NCBI GenBank assembly: GCA_964491895.1
Contig: CAZBHK010000003.1
Coordinates: forward strand, 6,723 to 70,722
Direction of reading: 5' to 3'
Length of the DNA: 64,000 bases
Source of the DNA: an uncultured Pseudomonadota bacterium
Lineage (GTDB): Bacteria > Babelota > Babeliae > Babelales > UBA12411
A model generated the notes under the pieces. The model was not told where the DNA came from. It ran no database searches and saw only the letters and a program-made list of their open reading frames with translations. Position 1 is the first letter of the stretch. Each line of letters opens with the position of its first letter. Below, in pieces: positions 63,995 through 64,000 of the stretch. Made by a program: the position numbers and the translations under genes.

Positions 63995-64000
63995 AAAAAT

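Overview
An AT-rich (roughly 30% GC by eye) bacterial chromosome segment from a host-dependent organism. An ADP/ATP translocase, tandem DUF2608-like proteins, signal-peptide-bearing MutS-domain proteins, a fatty-acid scavenging fusion and many secreted orphans point to an intracellular protist parasite, most likely Candidatus Dependentiae (TM6/Babeliae); this placement is inference. Most of the window is housekeeping: uvrC end, groES/EL, a split F-ATPase (atpE-F'-F-H-A and atpD-C about 41 kb apart), recD2, zwf/gnd/tal, polA, rpmA, secF, rho, tsaD, smpB, birA, leuS, rsmA, tmRNA, ftsL/ftsI, secA, mnmA and tRNA-fMet. No transposase, integrase, prophage or CRISPR array was seen. The most interesting signals are: (1) a broken gene at 1508-2262 that reassembles into a secreted protein with two eukaryote-type ubiquitin-interacting motifs; (2) a tandem pair of exported MutS-ATPase-domain proteins with a variable central insert, behind a promoter with a (TA)7 tract in its spacer; (3) an unannotated promoter-to-terminator small RNA candidate with a C7 linker; (4) apparent erosion of translational proofreading (truncated Dtd, altered LeuRS editing motifs); (5) a Na+-signature c subunit; (6) a eukaryote-like deoxynucleoside kinase.
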